Position numbers and translations under genes: made by a program. A stretch of DNA of 64,000 nt from Octopus vulgaris (Eukaryota). The notes below the pieces were generated by a model that saw only the letters and a list, made by a program, of their open reading frames with translations, was not told the origin of the DNA and did no database searches. The stretch lies in contig OX597832.1 of assembly GCA_951406725.2 (NCBI GenBank), positions 40,362,001 through 40,426,000 of the forward strand, written 5' to 3'. Positions 25,802 to 38,852 of the stretch are shown piece by piece (position 1 is the stretch's first letter; every line of letters begins with the position of its first letter).

Positions 25802-26214
25802 AGGCGCAGGAGTGGCTGTGTGGTAAGTAGCTTGCTTACCAACCACATGGTTCCGGGTTCAGTCCCACTGCGTGGCACCTTGGGCAAGTGTCTTCTACTA
25901 TAGCCTCGGGCCGACCAAAGCCTTGTGAGTGGATTTGGTAGACGGAAACTGAAAGAAGCCCGTCGTATATATGTATATATATATATATATATATGTGTGT
26001 GCGTGTATGTTTGTATGTCTGTTTGTCCCCTAAACACACCACCGATGCTGGTGTGTTTATGTCACCCGTCACTTAGCGGTTCGGCAAAAGAGACCGATAG
26101 GATAAGTACTGGGCTTACAAAGAATAATTCCCGGGGTCGAGTTGCTCGACTAAAGGCAGTGCTCCAGCATGGCCACAGTCAAAATGACTGAAACAAGTAA
26201 AAGAGTAAAAGAGT
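25802..26214 (+). mobile_element. SINE S1, full length
   Basis: GGCGCAGGAGTGGCTGTGTGGTAAG...GTAAAAGAGTAAAAGAG; TAACAA duplication at the flanks. Confidence 0.9.
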
Positions 26215-26534
26215 AACAAAGATACAGAAAATAAATTCAATGCCTGATAAACCATGAACCAACCATCATAATAATAATGGTTTCAAAGTTTGGCACAAGA
26301 CCAGTAATTTCAGGGGGGGGGGGGGGTTAAGTTGATTACATCAACCCCAGTGTTCAACTGGTACTTATTTTAGGAATCCCAAAAGGATGAAAGGCTAAGT
26401 CGACCTTGGTGGAATTTGAACTCAGAATGTAAAGACAGATAAAATACTGCTAAGTATTTTGTCTGGTGCAGTAAAGATCCTGACAGCTCACCACCTTTCA
26501 TAATAATAATAATAACAACAACAACAACAACAAC

Positions 26535-26596
<62 letters not shown>

Positions 26597-26805
26597 TAAT
26601 CCTTTCTACTAAAGGCCTGAAATTTGGTGTGAGAAGACTAGTCAATTACATTGACCCCAGTGCTTCACTGGTACTTAATTTATTGACCCCGAAAGGATGA
26701 AAGGCAAAATCACCTCAGCAGAATTTGAACTCAGAATGTAAGAATGAACAAAATGCCACTAAGCATTTCATCTGGCATGATGATGATTCTGCCAGCTCAC
26801 CATCT

Positions 26806-26806
<1 letters not shown>

Positions 26807-26842
<36 letters not shown>

Positions 26843-26914
26843 GGTGGTGGTGGTGGTGGTGGTGGTGGCAGTGGTGATGGTGGTGGTGGTGGTGGTGGTA
26901 GTAGTAGTAGTAGT

Positions 26915-26983
<69 letters not shown>
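26807..26983. repeat. compound trinucleotide array (AGT)/(GGT)/(AGC)
   Basis: Direct reading. Confidence 0.95.
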
Positions 26984-26984
<1 letters not shown>

Positions 26985-27279
26985 TGGTTGTAAGAAGCAG
27001 CTACTGGTGAATCGGACCATTGTAGAAGATTGTAAAAAGTGAGGAAAAAGCAATGAATTGACTATCGGAATGCTCTCAGTAACATTCCTAATTCACAGAT
27101 ACTGGAGTCGCTTCACATAAATAAAGTAACCTGCAACACTGCTGGCTCGTATTGATCATGCAACGACAAAGTGGAAAACTAACAAAGTAATGAAGAAGGA
27201 GGAAAAGATCGTAAAATCTGGCTAAAGGATCCATCAGAAGAGAAAATTTCCACGAAGGTTTATTGAACCCCTTACTTTT

Positions 27280-28510
27280 CTAACTTGCTCTGACCCCCAC
27301 TAACAAACTTGCTGAAGGACAGCCCCATGGGTACATATGCTATGGACAACATATAAATCTCCTGTAAATGGACAACCTGCAAATCTTTTCAAGGAATAGC
27401 ACTGCACTAGAATCCCTACCGAAAATTGTCCATGGTTTCAGGAAAGACATAAGAACGACTATGAATATGAAGTTAGACAAGTTTCCAAAGTGACTTCGAG
27501 AAGGGGCAAATTAACCAGCACTGAGAATATAACACTAGAAATAAACATTGAAAATAGAAAATTAGACCACAGTCACCTGTGCAAGTACCTAGGAATAGAC
27601 AAAATAACTAAAATACAACACATGGAAATGAGAAAGAAAATTATAAAAGAAATTCTACAGAAGAATTAGACTAATAATAAAAACTAGACCCAATACTAGA
27701 AATAAGCTACTAGTTTATAAATAACTAGTTATAAATTACAGCTTCAATAAAATGGTTTCAAATTGTGACACAAGGTCAGCAATTTCAAGCGATGGGGTTT
27801 TTTCTAATACATTGATCCCAGAGATTGGAAGAGTGATAAATGTAATGAAGCAATTTAAAAGATACAAAAACTTAACTGTAAACACAAAGAAGTGATAAAG
27901 TACAACAGAAAATGAACCCAGCTGAAATAATAAATTTAGATAAGAGGACAATAGAGATGGTTAAAGAGATAAAATACCAACATATAAACAGAAATATAAA
28001 GCATACAAAAGATAAAAGGGGGAGAAAAAACACTCCACAGTCAATGTTCTGCAAGACTCAATAGAGAAATATGCCAAACTCAGTCAACGCTTACTCAAAT
28101 GATCCAGGCTTAAAGCAGAATTGGAACGACTGGTTCTAGCTGCCAAAAACAAATGTCTAACCACAAACAGTTATAAGAACAAAGCAATGAAAATGGATCC
28201 CTAAGCCAAATGCAGAATGTTCAACCAACAAAATGAGACAGTTGACCACATCATTGCTGGCTGCCGATTGTGAATATATAAAAAAATATGATTGAAACGG
28301 CTGTAGCTACTGAGCAATGTGCCACGCCTTTAATGTGAAAACAAAGAAGTGGTATAAACATATGTCAAAGACCTGGCCGTAATCATTTGGGATGTGTCCA
28401 TTGAGATGACAAAGAGACCAAGACAAAGCACCAAGACTTAACAACCAAAGACTGGGAAATAAGCAAAAGAGAACATGCACACTGACAGACATTGTAATCT
28501 CAGCAGTGTG
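27280..28510 (+). mobile_element. decayed RLE-type (R4/CRE-like) non-LTR retrotransposon RT and zinc-knuckle region
   Basis: Broken motifs MDNLQIF, KYLGI, GLKAELERLVLAAKNKCLTTNSY, KCRM..NETVDHIIAGC. Confidence 0.7.
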
Positions 28511-28622
28511 ATTACTTCACTTCTTAAAAGGATATCTCTAGATACTCTATAGAAATTAGAGTCAGCTGGCTCTAATTTCAATAGAATATCTGATGAGATC
28601 ACTTTAAAAAGATCCTTTCTAA

Positions 28623-29048
28623 GATCTTTACCTTTTGACCTACAGATTTAAAAATAATTTTTTGTAACTAAACACTTTCAAACTTCGTTTGTCACTGTTA
28701 TTTATGACATCGTTCGTGTGTTTGTACTGGTTTTAGCTTTAAGGTTTTAGGATTAGGGTTAGGGTTTTAGGGTTAGGGTTGTCATAAATAACAGTGACAA
28801 ATTAAAAATACACCGCCGGAAGTTGTTGTTGACAAACAATGGCAGTAATTTTATTCAGCTGAATACACGTCATTGCTTGGTTGAAATTACCGAAATAGGA
28901 CTACTTTAGCATGAAATTACTTCGTAAATATAAGTTTTCCTCAAAAATGCAAAGAGCAAAAGATGTTTTATATGACACATTCTACCAGTTTCCGAAGTTT
29001 GAAAGTGTTTAATTATTTTTTAAATCTGTTGGTCAAAAGGTAAAGATC
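28623..29048. mobile_element. MITE with ~60-bp TIRs, an inner inverted repeat and a TTAGGG-like core
   Basis: GATCTTTACCTTTTGACC..AAACACTTTCAAACTTCG mirrored at 28993-29048; inner IR at 28688-28710 / 28779-28801. Confidence 0.85.
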
Positions 29049-29702
29049 CTCTTTCTATACTATCCCTTTTCTCAACCATTTTGCATTTCTGTTACTTTAT
29101 TTGTCTATTCTCTCTCTCTCTCTCCTTCTCACTTTCTCTTGCTCTTCAGCACTCTCTCTCTCCATTGTTCCATTTTTTCCCCTTCTTGACATATTTTCTC
29201 CATATTTTCTCAATTTCTTTGAACTTTCTCATATCAAGGAGCTCCCTGTGACCCACAAAACTTGCAAAAGATGAAAAGTTATAAACGCTGTTCTGTTAAC
29301 ATTGTTTTTCATTATACTCGTTATCATTCAATAAACTCAATGATAAAAAAAAATTATTATTCTTTTCTTTGATTCCCATCATGCAGCTGTTTAATTTTCA
29401 CATTGTCTCCTTTTCTGTTTTTTCCTTTTTAAATTTGGTGGTCCGTGTTTGCTGATATTTTCAAAGCTACTTCTATGCTGGCCATGTGGAGCACCTATCC
29501 CAGCAACTTATGATAATGAAGATGATAATGAGGACAATGATGACGACGATGACGCTGATGATGACAGTCACAGCAGCAGTGGTAAAAAAAGAAGCGGTGG
29601 TAGCAGTATCATCATCATCATCATCACCATTAGCAGCAGTAGTAACTGCAATAGTGGTGGTGGTGGTGGTGGTCATCGTCGTCATCATCACCATAATGGT
29701 CA

Positions 29703-29741
<39 letters not shown>

Positions 29742-29875
29742 CCATCACAAATGGAGTTTGAACTGCAGTTAGTTGATCAATAGGCAGATCAGGTCAATAA
29801 GAGGAGAAGAGGTAGAATGTAGAGAGACAAAGGAACTGAGAGAGAGAGGGAGCGTGGGACAGGAAAAGACAGAGT

Positions 29876-29907
<32 letters not shown>

Positions 29908-29963
29908 TACTGTGAGTGAAACTGATAAAAAAAATGAAGAGTGAGAGACTAGAGAGAGGAATG

Positions 29964-30005
<42 letters not shown>

Positions 30006-30133
30006 GAGTGTAAGCAAACAGTAACAAATTGATAACAAAATGACAAAGAGAGAGAGATAGCACAGCCGGGGGGAGGGGGTTAGATAGATAAATTAAGAGA
30101 AATGATAATAAATTTAGACAACAAAATGACAAA

Positions 30134-30173
<40 letters not shown>

Positions 30174-30420
30174 CACAGACAGAGACAGAGAGACACAGAC
30201 AGAGACAGAGAGACAGAGAGAGACAGACAGAGACAGAGAGACACAGACAGAGACAGAGAGACACAGACAGAGACAGAGAGACAGAGAGAGAGACACAGAC
30301 AGAGACAGAGAGACAGAGACAGAGACAGAGAGAGAGACACAGACAGAGAGACACAGACACAGACACAGACAAAGAAACAGAGACAAAGAGAGAGAGAGAG
30401 ACAGAGGCAGAGAGAGAGAT
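30134..30420. repeat. (AGAGAC)/(AG) low-complexity array
   Basis: Direct reading. Confidence 0.95.
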
Positions 30421-30600
30421 AGCACAGATATATTTAGAGAGGTAAATTAAGAGAACTGACAATAAATTAAGACAGACAGACAGACAGAGATAACTAAGAT
30501 AAATAGAGAAACTGAAGTAGCCACAGGGAGAGAATGAGAGATTGGGAAGAGTGAGGTAGAGACACTTTGATCTATTCAAAGGTGTTAAAAAAAATCCTCA

Positions 30601-31001
30601 ATGCATATAGAACAATTCCATTGCCAAATGTTGGCCATGTACTGGATGCACATCGTTCTAGGTTTTATTCTGTTACCCGTTATTCATCTGGTGTACAAAG
30701 CCTACAGGTTCTATTCTGAACAAATTTCAAGATTATATTACAACAATGAAAAACGACTCGATGGTAAGACGGCGTTAATTACAGGTGCTAATTCAGGCAT
30801 AGGATATGCCACGGCTCTAGATTTTGCCAGCCGAGGAGCAAGGGTGCTTTTGGCATGCAGGAACTTGAGTAAAGCTGTGAAAGCAGCTGAGAGCATTATC
30901 AAAGTAACCGGTAATGAGAATCTCCGAACAATACAATTGAATCTCAGTGATTTAGAGTCTGTGAGAAGACTAGCGCGACAGGTCGTCAGAAATGAACAGA
31001 G
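30601..31001 (+). CDS. retinol dehydrogenase 11/12/13-like SDR, coding exon 1 of 2
   Basis: N-terminal hydrophobic anchor, LDGKTALITGANSGIG, ACR (NADP preference), LNLSDLESVR; donor AG|GTGAGG, phase 2; start ATG could be 30601, 30628 or 30637. Confidence 0.93.
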
Positions 31002-31252
31002 GTGAGGGAATTTTATTTTATTTTATTTTATTGTAGCCACGTCCAAAATTTATGCAAACATAAATACATACGTATTTACATAGTCAATAATCACGTATGC
31101 ATAAAAAACATTTTTTAAACACCCCTTTCTCATATACACTCACCTATATGACCTAACATTTTAACACACCCCTACATAAACATCATCATGGTAATCATCA
31201 TCATCATCATCAACAACACTTTTCTTATGTTGGTATTTGTTCAATTGACTTT

Positions 31253-31319
<67 letters not shown>

Positions 31320-31467
31320 TATGTGCATGCATTTGTGTGTATATACATACAAAGCATTTGATACCACCTCATATATCCCTTAAAAAGTTGTGATGATCAC
31401 AGTTGGACTGTTTGATCATAACTCTGTGAGATTAGAATTCACTTGGAGGGGCTAAACAACAGCAGTA

Positions 31468-31845
31468 GTGGAGGCGCAATGGCCCGGTGGTTAGGGCAGC
31501 GGACTCGCGGTCGGAGGATCGCGGTTTCGATTCCCAGACCGGGCGTTGTGTGTGTTTATTGAGCGAAAACACCTAAAAGCTCCACGACCCTCCGGCAGGT
31601 GAGGGGCGGCGACCCCTGTTGTACTCTTTCACTTCAACTTTCTCTCACTCTTTCTTCCTGTTTCTTGTCCCCAACTTCCTACGCAACCGCTGAGCCAGGA
31701 TGCGCATTCATCCATCCGTCGATGCTCTGTGTGTCGGGGGTTGACCTGCTCTCTCTTCTGCGGGTCTTACGAATAGCAAAGGACCACGTTTCGGACTTCT
31801 CCCACTCTGGGACGAAGACCGCTTCACTCAACAAACAAACAAACA
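31468..31845 (+). mobile_element. young, CpG-rich tRNA-derived SINE in the SDR intron
   Basis: A-box TGGCCCGGTGG, B-box GGTTTCGATTCC, (CAAA)n tail, AGCAGTA duplication. Confidence 0.85.
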
Positions 31846-33094
31846 AGCAGTAACAGCAGTTACAACAACAATAGCAACAACAACTAACATTCTTAAAGTT
31901 ATGAAAATATTTATATGCCAGAAACAGAACTGTTTTGAAAACTAGTAAGCTACTTCCATAGTAGAAAACAAGTTGTTTACAGAAGTTTATACAAAATTTA
32001 AATAAACTTTGTACTTAGAAGTCAACAATTTCTTACAATAACAGTAGGATTTTATGAACAGTAACCACTGTTGAAAAGGACTAGTTTTTGACATAAATCA
32101 ATTTTCTTGGAAAAGCAAAATGGTGTTTTATGACCTGTGTTTTATATATGTGTATATGTATCTATATATATAAATATATATATATATATATGTATCACTG
32201 TGTGTCTTTGTGTTTGTGTTTGTTCTTCACCACTGCTTGACAACCATTGTTGGTTTGTTTATGTTCCCCATAGCTTAGCAAGAAGAGACCAATAGAATAA
32301 GTATCGGGCTTAAAAAGAAAAATAGGTACCATATGGCTGTGTGGTAAGAAGCTTGCTTCTCCAACCACATGGTTTCAGGTTCAGTCCCACTGAGTGGCAC
32401 CTTGGGTAAGTATCTTCTACTATAGCCTCCTCGGGCCAGCCAAAGCATTGTGAGTGGATTTGGTAGACGGAAACTGAAAGAAGCCCATCATATATATGTG
32501 TGTGTGTGTGTGTGTATAAATCTGTGTGTGTGTGCCTTTGTGTCTGTTTTATGTCCCTGTAACTTAGCAGCTCAACAAAACAGATCAATAGAATAAGTGT
32601 CAGGCTTTACAGGGATCGACACATTTAACAATACGTTCTTCAGGGTGGTGCCTGAAATAAGTAAAAGGTAAAAAAAAATCCCCTATCAGATGGATTGTGT
32701 CTTAGCTTTAAATGTGCCGCCTTGTCATAAACAATAAGTCATGCTCAGGACACATGTTTCTGTTGAATGCTTAGTCACTTGTGTTAATTCCATGAGCAGA
32801 CAATTCAGTGGATCAGACAACTGAATCCCGATTGTCAAAATCAGTGGAGAAACAACTTGAGGCTCAGTGGTTCGGGTATTGTATTCATGATCATGAGATT
32901 GTGGTTTTGATACCTGGACCAGGTGATGTGCTATGTCCTTGAGCAAAGCACTTCATTTCATGTTGCTCCAGTCCACTCTGCTGGCAAAAATGAGTTACCC
33001 TGCAACAGACTGGTGTCTCACCCAGTGTGGGAATATATACACCACAAAATCTAGGAAACCGGGCTGTGTCTCAGGACAGACCTTTGATCCTTAT

Positions 33095-33612
33095 TTGATA
33101 TATGTATGAATGTATGCGTGTACGTATGTGTGCATGTATGCATCCATGAATATGATTTATGTGTGTCTTCATTTTCTATTTTAATTTAGAATTTTTACTG
33201 GCCACTTGCTTGGTAGCAAGGTTGTGAAGGAAAGCATCCTGTTTCTGTTCATTATTCTATAAATCTAAAGAAGGTCTTGTAGCTTCTTTACTGTCTCAGC
33301 TGTTGTGATCATTTGTAAGATATGAATTAAGGAGTTGTATTCTCTCTCCAAAAGCCCAACATCTTATATGTATGAATGTAAGCATACATGCATGAATGCA
33401 TGTATGTTTTCTCTTTCTATTTTTATTTAGTTATGTCTTACTGGCCACCTGCTCCTGCTTGGTAGCAAGGTTGTGAAGGAAAGCATCTTTCTTTTGTTCA
33501 TTATCCTGTAAATCTAAAGGTCTTGCAGCTTTTCATTGTCTCAGATATTGTGGTCATTTATAGGATATGAATTAAGGAGTCGCATGCATTCTCTCTCCAG
33601 GAACCCAAGATC
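33095..33612. repeat. diverged tandem duplication of ~260 bp
   Basis: TACTGGCCAC..GCTTGGTAGCAAGGTTGTGAAGGAAAGCATC..GATATGAATTAAGGAGT occurs twice. Confidence 0.85.
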
Positions 33613-34117
33613 AGCCATATTTTGCTTCAGGCAGGTTAACATGTATCCTGATGCTCCAATAATAACACTGTGTAACATGCTTTTTGTTCTTAGGTAGCAA
33701 CTGTTATTTCCTATTTGCTTACCCTTAGAAAGTGTGAAAAAGGGTTAATACTTTCTTCAAACTTTGCTTTTCAAACCACAAAGAATCCCTCTCAACACAT
33801 GGCTATGATGTTCCCCCACTACTCTTGCTTGTGATCAGAGATGCACACATATCAGCTACTAAGGGACATGCTCAAATAGTTAATGTCAAGCAACCAACAA
33901 ACAAATCTGTGGTATGGAGTAGAATATTTCCTAACAACTCAGTGCTGAATCTGTTTGAAATGTAATGGAAAAATAGGTCAGTTTCAAAACATTGATGTCC
34001 AGGTCACAAAAGCAAAGTTTGAAGGGAACAGTAGTCATTTTTTTTATTTCTAAACAGAAGCAAATAGAAAATAACACTTACTGACCAAAGACAAAAAAAA
34101 AAAGCATTAAAACTTTG

Positions 34118-34310
34118 TTACAGTGTAAAAGGTATGAACCTGAAAGTGTATGAACCTAGAAGGTACTGGATTTTCAGGCCCCTTATCAATTTTCCATAGA
34201 TGTTCTCTTTCTCCAATTTTTTATTGACTACATTAGTGTCCAAAGGGCAGCTGATTTCCACAATAGAGCATATTTTCCTTCTTGTGATCCCACACATCAA
34301 TATATGGCCA
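34118..34310 (-). mobile_element. restriction-like endonuclease remnant of a non-LTR element
   Basis: KICSIVEISCPLDTNVVNKKLEKENIYGKL resembles the RLE C-terminal motif. Confidence 0.6.
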
Positions 34311-34730
34311 TTTGTGTTTTAATTTGGTGACTTTTAATTTTTAAGTTATGTTGGTGTACATACATGTATGTATGCATGCATGCATGCATGTATGTATGTA
34401 TGTATTTATTTATTTAGAACCATGTTCTAAAATAAGTTGAAAGGTATGCTACTATAAATCGGCACGAACTGTCCGGACAACTCAATATATAATCGAGAGA
34501 GAGAGAGAGAATATATGTGGTAAGAGTATATATGTGTGTGCATGAGAGAGACAGAATATACATGTGTGTGCATGAGAGAGAGAGAGAAAGAGAGAGAGGC
34601 AGAAAATATGCCTGTATATGTGTGTGTGAGAAAGAAAGAGAAGTGAAAAACAAACAAATTATTTGAGTGTTTTGGGGGGTATTTTTTGTATCATTTTTCT
34701 TATTGATAAATTTTCATTTCTCTTACCTAG

Positions 34731-35349
34731 GTTAGACATTTTGGTAAACAATGCTGGAACAAGTTTCTCTGAAGCACCTACTACACGTCAGAGTTTTGAT
34801 TATATATTTGGGGTGAACTATTTAGGGAGTTTTTTACTCACTTACTTACTCCTGGATCTGCTGAAGAAGTCAGCACCAAGCCGTATCATCAACGTGAGCT
34901 CTTTTGTGCATCGTTATATCAAAAAGAAACCAAAATTGAATCGAGGTTCCGAAACAAACAAGGTTAAATACCCAGGTCTCAGTGGATATCACATGAGCAA
35001 ACTATGCAATATACTTCATGCAAAGGTCTTGACAAACCGACTTTCTGGCACTGGCGTCACTGCTAATTCCATGAATCCAGGATTTGTGGCAACCAATATT
35101 TTGAACAAAAGTAACTCAGGTAGATTTCGTAAATTTATGTCTTTCTTTCTTTCCGTGTTAGGTCGAAAAGCAACGGATGCTGCCAAGACAATTGTATACA
35201 TGACATTGGAGGATAGTCTTGGTGAGGTTTCAGGACATTATTTCCAGAATGTGGGCCTTATTGCCTCAGAAAAACTTTCACCACTTACAAGAGATAAGGA
35301 ATTTATTTTTGATTTATGGGATGTCAGCATGAAAATGTGCCATGAATAG
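34731..35349 (+). CDS. retinol dehydrogenase 11/12/13-like SDR, coding exon 2 of 2
   Basis: Acceptor TTTCTCTTACCTAG|G, phase 2; LDILVNNAG, FGVNYLG, SAPSRIINVSS, catalytic YHMSK, NPGFVAT, stop TAG; spliced product 339 aa. Confidence 0.95.
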
Positions 35350-37059
35350 CAGAACATTGTAGATTAGAACAAACAATTTACATTGTACATATATACACAC
35401 ACACACATACACATACTTCAACCCCGAGCAGCTGCTGACAACCCTACAAGGCACAAGTGAAGCCCACAACGGAGTACTGGGATAATACTACTGCTACACA
35501 CAGACAGACATCTTGGGTCACATCCACGGAAATATCACTCAACTGATTGGCATTCAATCACATCACTAATGGACATACTCCAGTCTCTAACCCACAAGCA
35601 TGCTTTTGTCCTCATTCTGTCTTTTCTGCTGCCGTTATAATGGCCCCTGTTTCTCTGATCTGGCTAATCTTGTTCATCCCCCACTCTCGCCTCCCTGACT
35701 CACTCACCTTTCCACCTCTTGTTACCTCTGTCTGAGTTCACCCATCCACAAGCCCTGGACCACATTCAGTCCTCCTCTCCTCTGAACATTGGCCCTCTGG
35801 AATTTTCTTTCCTACAGGAGGTGACTTGCAACAGTGAGTAAAATGCTTTTTTGAAATTCACTCAACAAATTGGAAGAACCAAAGGACAACTTTACCTGAT
35901 CCCTAAACCTCTATTGTCCTCAAGCATAAGATATACAGGCCAACAAAAGAAGTGCTACATGGTCAGACCAGCTGTTAAAACTAGCAGTCAAATCATTCTC
36001 AAATCACACTGCCCTGTCTTAAAAACAGAGGGAAACATTTAGTAAGATAGTCTTTAAAATCAGACTAGATGGTCATGGCTTGAATGCCCTTCATCATAGA
36101 TGTACTGATCAGTGCTAGCCTGGGGCTAAACAACAACAACAAAAACCCATAAGACATCCAATTCTACATAGGATGTAGATGTTTTTATTGTCAGAGGAGT
36201 TCTTAGAAATAACAGCCAAAATTTCTTTAAATCACACTCTAGAATTTTAAAAAAGAAAGAATACACTAAATAATGTGGTTTTAGATAAATATTCTGGAAA
36301 AAAAAAGAAAAACAGACTGGTTGGTCAAATTTGGAGTGTCCTGTATATCATATGCTTACTGAATCAGAACTGACAAGGGTTAAACAACAATAACAACAGC
36401 CATCCCTCTTCTCCACCCACAATTCTTGGGAGAGTCATGGGAGTAGAGTCTTTAGGGTCCGACCAGAAGTAATCATCATTAAACTTTCCAGCTCGATTCC
36501 TAAACATGACCACCCGAGACTCAATCTACCCCTAGGATTTCTGCTAGCTCAACTTGAAGAATTTGTCTTGCGATTCTTCCCAGCAACGTTTAAATCACAT
36601 GTCCATAGTACCAGAACTGTTAATTCTCAATGCAAAGAAGTAGTGGCCTACCCTGAAGAGACTCTCTGATCTTTGAAGTAAATTTAATGATAACAACAAC
36701 AATAAAATATAAACGAATCAAAATGAGCCAAGAAAGGAACCTCAGAACAATTTGACTCCCTGGTAGACATAGCTTCCAAATCTTTCACATCTCACATTCA
36801 TCTGTCTTTAAAATAGGGACACACACATGATATAATATAATGTTTAATATACAAATAGATGAGGTGGCCACAGCTGGAACACCTTTAGATTTTAAGTCTG
36901 CCAGATCAAGGCTGACCCTGATCTAAACAACAACAACAACAAATCAGAAGAAATGTGTCAATACTTAATTCAGTGTTAGAGCATCTCTGACTATTAAAAC
37001 ATGTCAGATCAAAGGTCACACAGATAATCTGAAGTGGAGGGAGTTAACAGGATATGGTT

Positions 37060-37460
37060 CTCTTTTACTCTTTTACTTGTTTCAGTCATTTGACTGTGGC
37101 CATGCTGGAGCACCGCCTTTAATCGAGCAACTCGACCCCGGGACTTATTCTTTTGTAAGCCCAGTACTTATTCTATCGGTCTCTTTTGCCGCTAAGTAAC
37201 GGGGACATAAACACACCATCTGTTTGTTGTCAAGCAATGCTAGGGGGACAAACACAGACACACAAACACACACACGCATATATATATATATATACATATA
37301 TACGATGGGCTTCTTCCAATTTCCGTCTACCAAATCCACTCACAAGGCTTTGGTCGGCCCAAGGCTACAGTAGAAGACACATGCCCAAGGTGCCACACAG
37401 TGGGACAGAACCCGGAACCATGTGGTTGGTAAACAAAGCTACTTACCACACAGCCACTCA
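37060..37460 (-). mobile_element. SINE S1
   Basis: Reverse complement of the 25802-26214 family. Confidence 0.85.
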
Positions 37461-38289
37461 ATAATTTATCAACGCCAAGAAAGATGAGCAATAACTACAA
37501 CAATAACAACAGCACATTACAACTACAAACATCTGTTTCTTCCATCTTATCAAGGCACACACACACACACATACATACACTCAGATACATACAACTCTTA
37601 CACACACAGTCACTTGTTGAATTTCTTCTTTTGTGAACTAAATTCTGTATTTAGCTGGCAATTTATTTTCATATATTCTCAACATAGAAAGCTGCTGTGC
37701 AACTGCTAAATTACCCACAATGCTCCTCAGACCGTCCACTTTTGCCATCAACACCAAAACTCTTGTACATATCAAATTAAGTGAGACCACTTTCGGTTCT
37801 ATGCTGCTAAAATTTTCATTTTAAAGACTTTATATCTAAAATAAAACCTTCAATCATCATTTTATGTCAGAAATTTTTATGTTCCAAACACCATCTTATA
37901 TTTGTGCTTTGTTTAATTCTGTCCAAACACCATCTTAATATCCATTTACCTTTCAGGTAGCAAGCTGGCGGAATTGTCAGCACACCTGGAAAAATGCTTG
38001 GCAGCATTTCATCTGATTTTATGTTCCAAGTTCAAATTCTGTCAAGGTTGATTTTGCCTTTTATCCTTTAGGGGTTGATAAAGTACCAGTTGGATACTGG
38101 GGTCAACATAATCGACTTACCCACCCCCTCCGCCCTCCACCTTTTAGTATTCAGGTTGCTCTGTCAATTTTAATGCTTATTTATTCATATCATTTTGAAT
38201 TAATTATGCATTGTCTCAGAGCTTTGAGATTTTGATTGTGTGTTTGTTTATTTTTAAGATGACACTGTAGGGTATGTATAAAAGGCTAA

Positions 38290-38521
38290 GGCGGCGAGCT
38301 GGCAGAAACGTTAGCACACTGGGCGAAATGCTTAGTGGTATTTCGTCTGCCGTTACATTCTGAGTTTAAATTCCACTGCAGTCAACTTTGCCTTAAATCC
38401 TTTCGGGGTTGATTAAATAAGTACCAGTTATGCACTGGAGTTGATATAATCGACTTAATCCGTTTGTCTGTCCTTGTTTGTCCCCTCTGTGTGTAGCCCC
38501 TTGTGGGCAGTAAAGAAATAA
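38290..38521 (+). mobile_element. SINE S2
   Basis: GGCGGCGAGCTGGCAGAAACG...GTAAAGAAATA. Confidence 0.85.
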
Positions 38522-38658
38522 GAAACTGAAAGTAGCCCATCACATACATATATAGCTCACTTAGGCATTGTGAGGCCAATAACCTGATGAAGAACTCAGT
38601 ATATGATTGTCTTAGAACAAAGTATTGGCTTTGTACAGAACGGTAATAAAAGAGAGAG

Positions 38659-38852
38659 AGAGAGAGATGACAAAGGAATAAATGATAATCTTATGACATT
38701 TCATTAGGTTACAGCTGTTTCTGCATATACAAGGCTCTGAAGCTGTAAGATGTTATTCAAGCACTCAACTGAGTCCACTACATCTTATAGCAGAAACAGC
38801 TATAAGCTAATGGAGTTCACAAGATAATAATTTATTCCTTTATCATCTCTCT
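38659..38852. repeat. foldback whose arms carry the hammerhead 3' half GAAACAGCTRTA
   Basis: TTACAGCTGTTTCTGC / GCAGAAACAGCTATAA, with complementary outer arms. Confidence 0.75.

Noticed and set aside
28585-28620. CTGATGA followed by a GATC stem
   Set aside because: No GAAA or stem III follows
28750-28780. Chromosome end or fusion site suggested by TTAGGG
   Set aside because: Only about four units, internal to a TIR element
31468-31545. tRNA gene
   Set aside because: It is the tRNA-like head of a SINE, continuing into a body, (CAAA)n tail and TSD; the acceptor stem is incomplete
38575-38630. GCCAATA..CTGATGA...TATTGGC hammerhead-like remnant
   Set aside because: GAAA and stems II/III are not recoverable; at best a fossil
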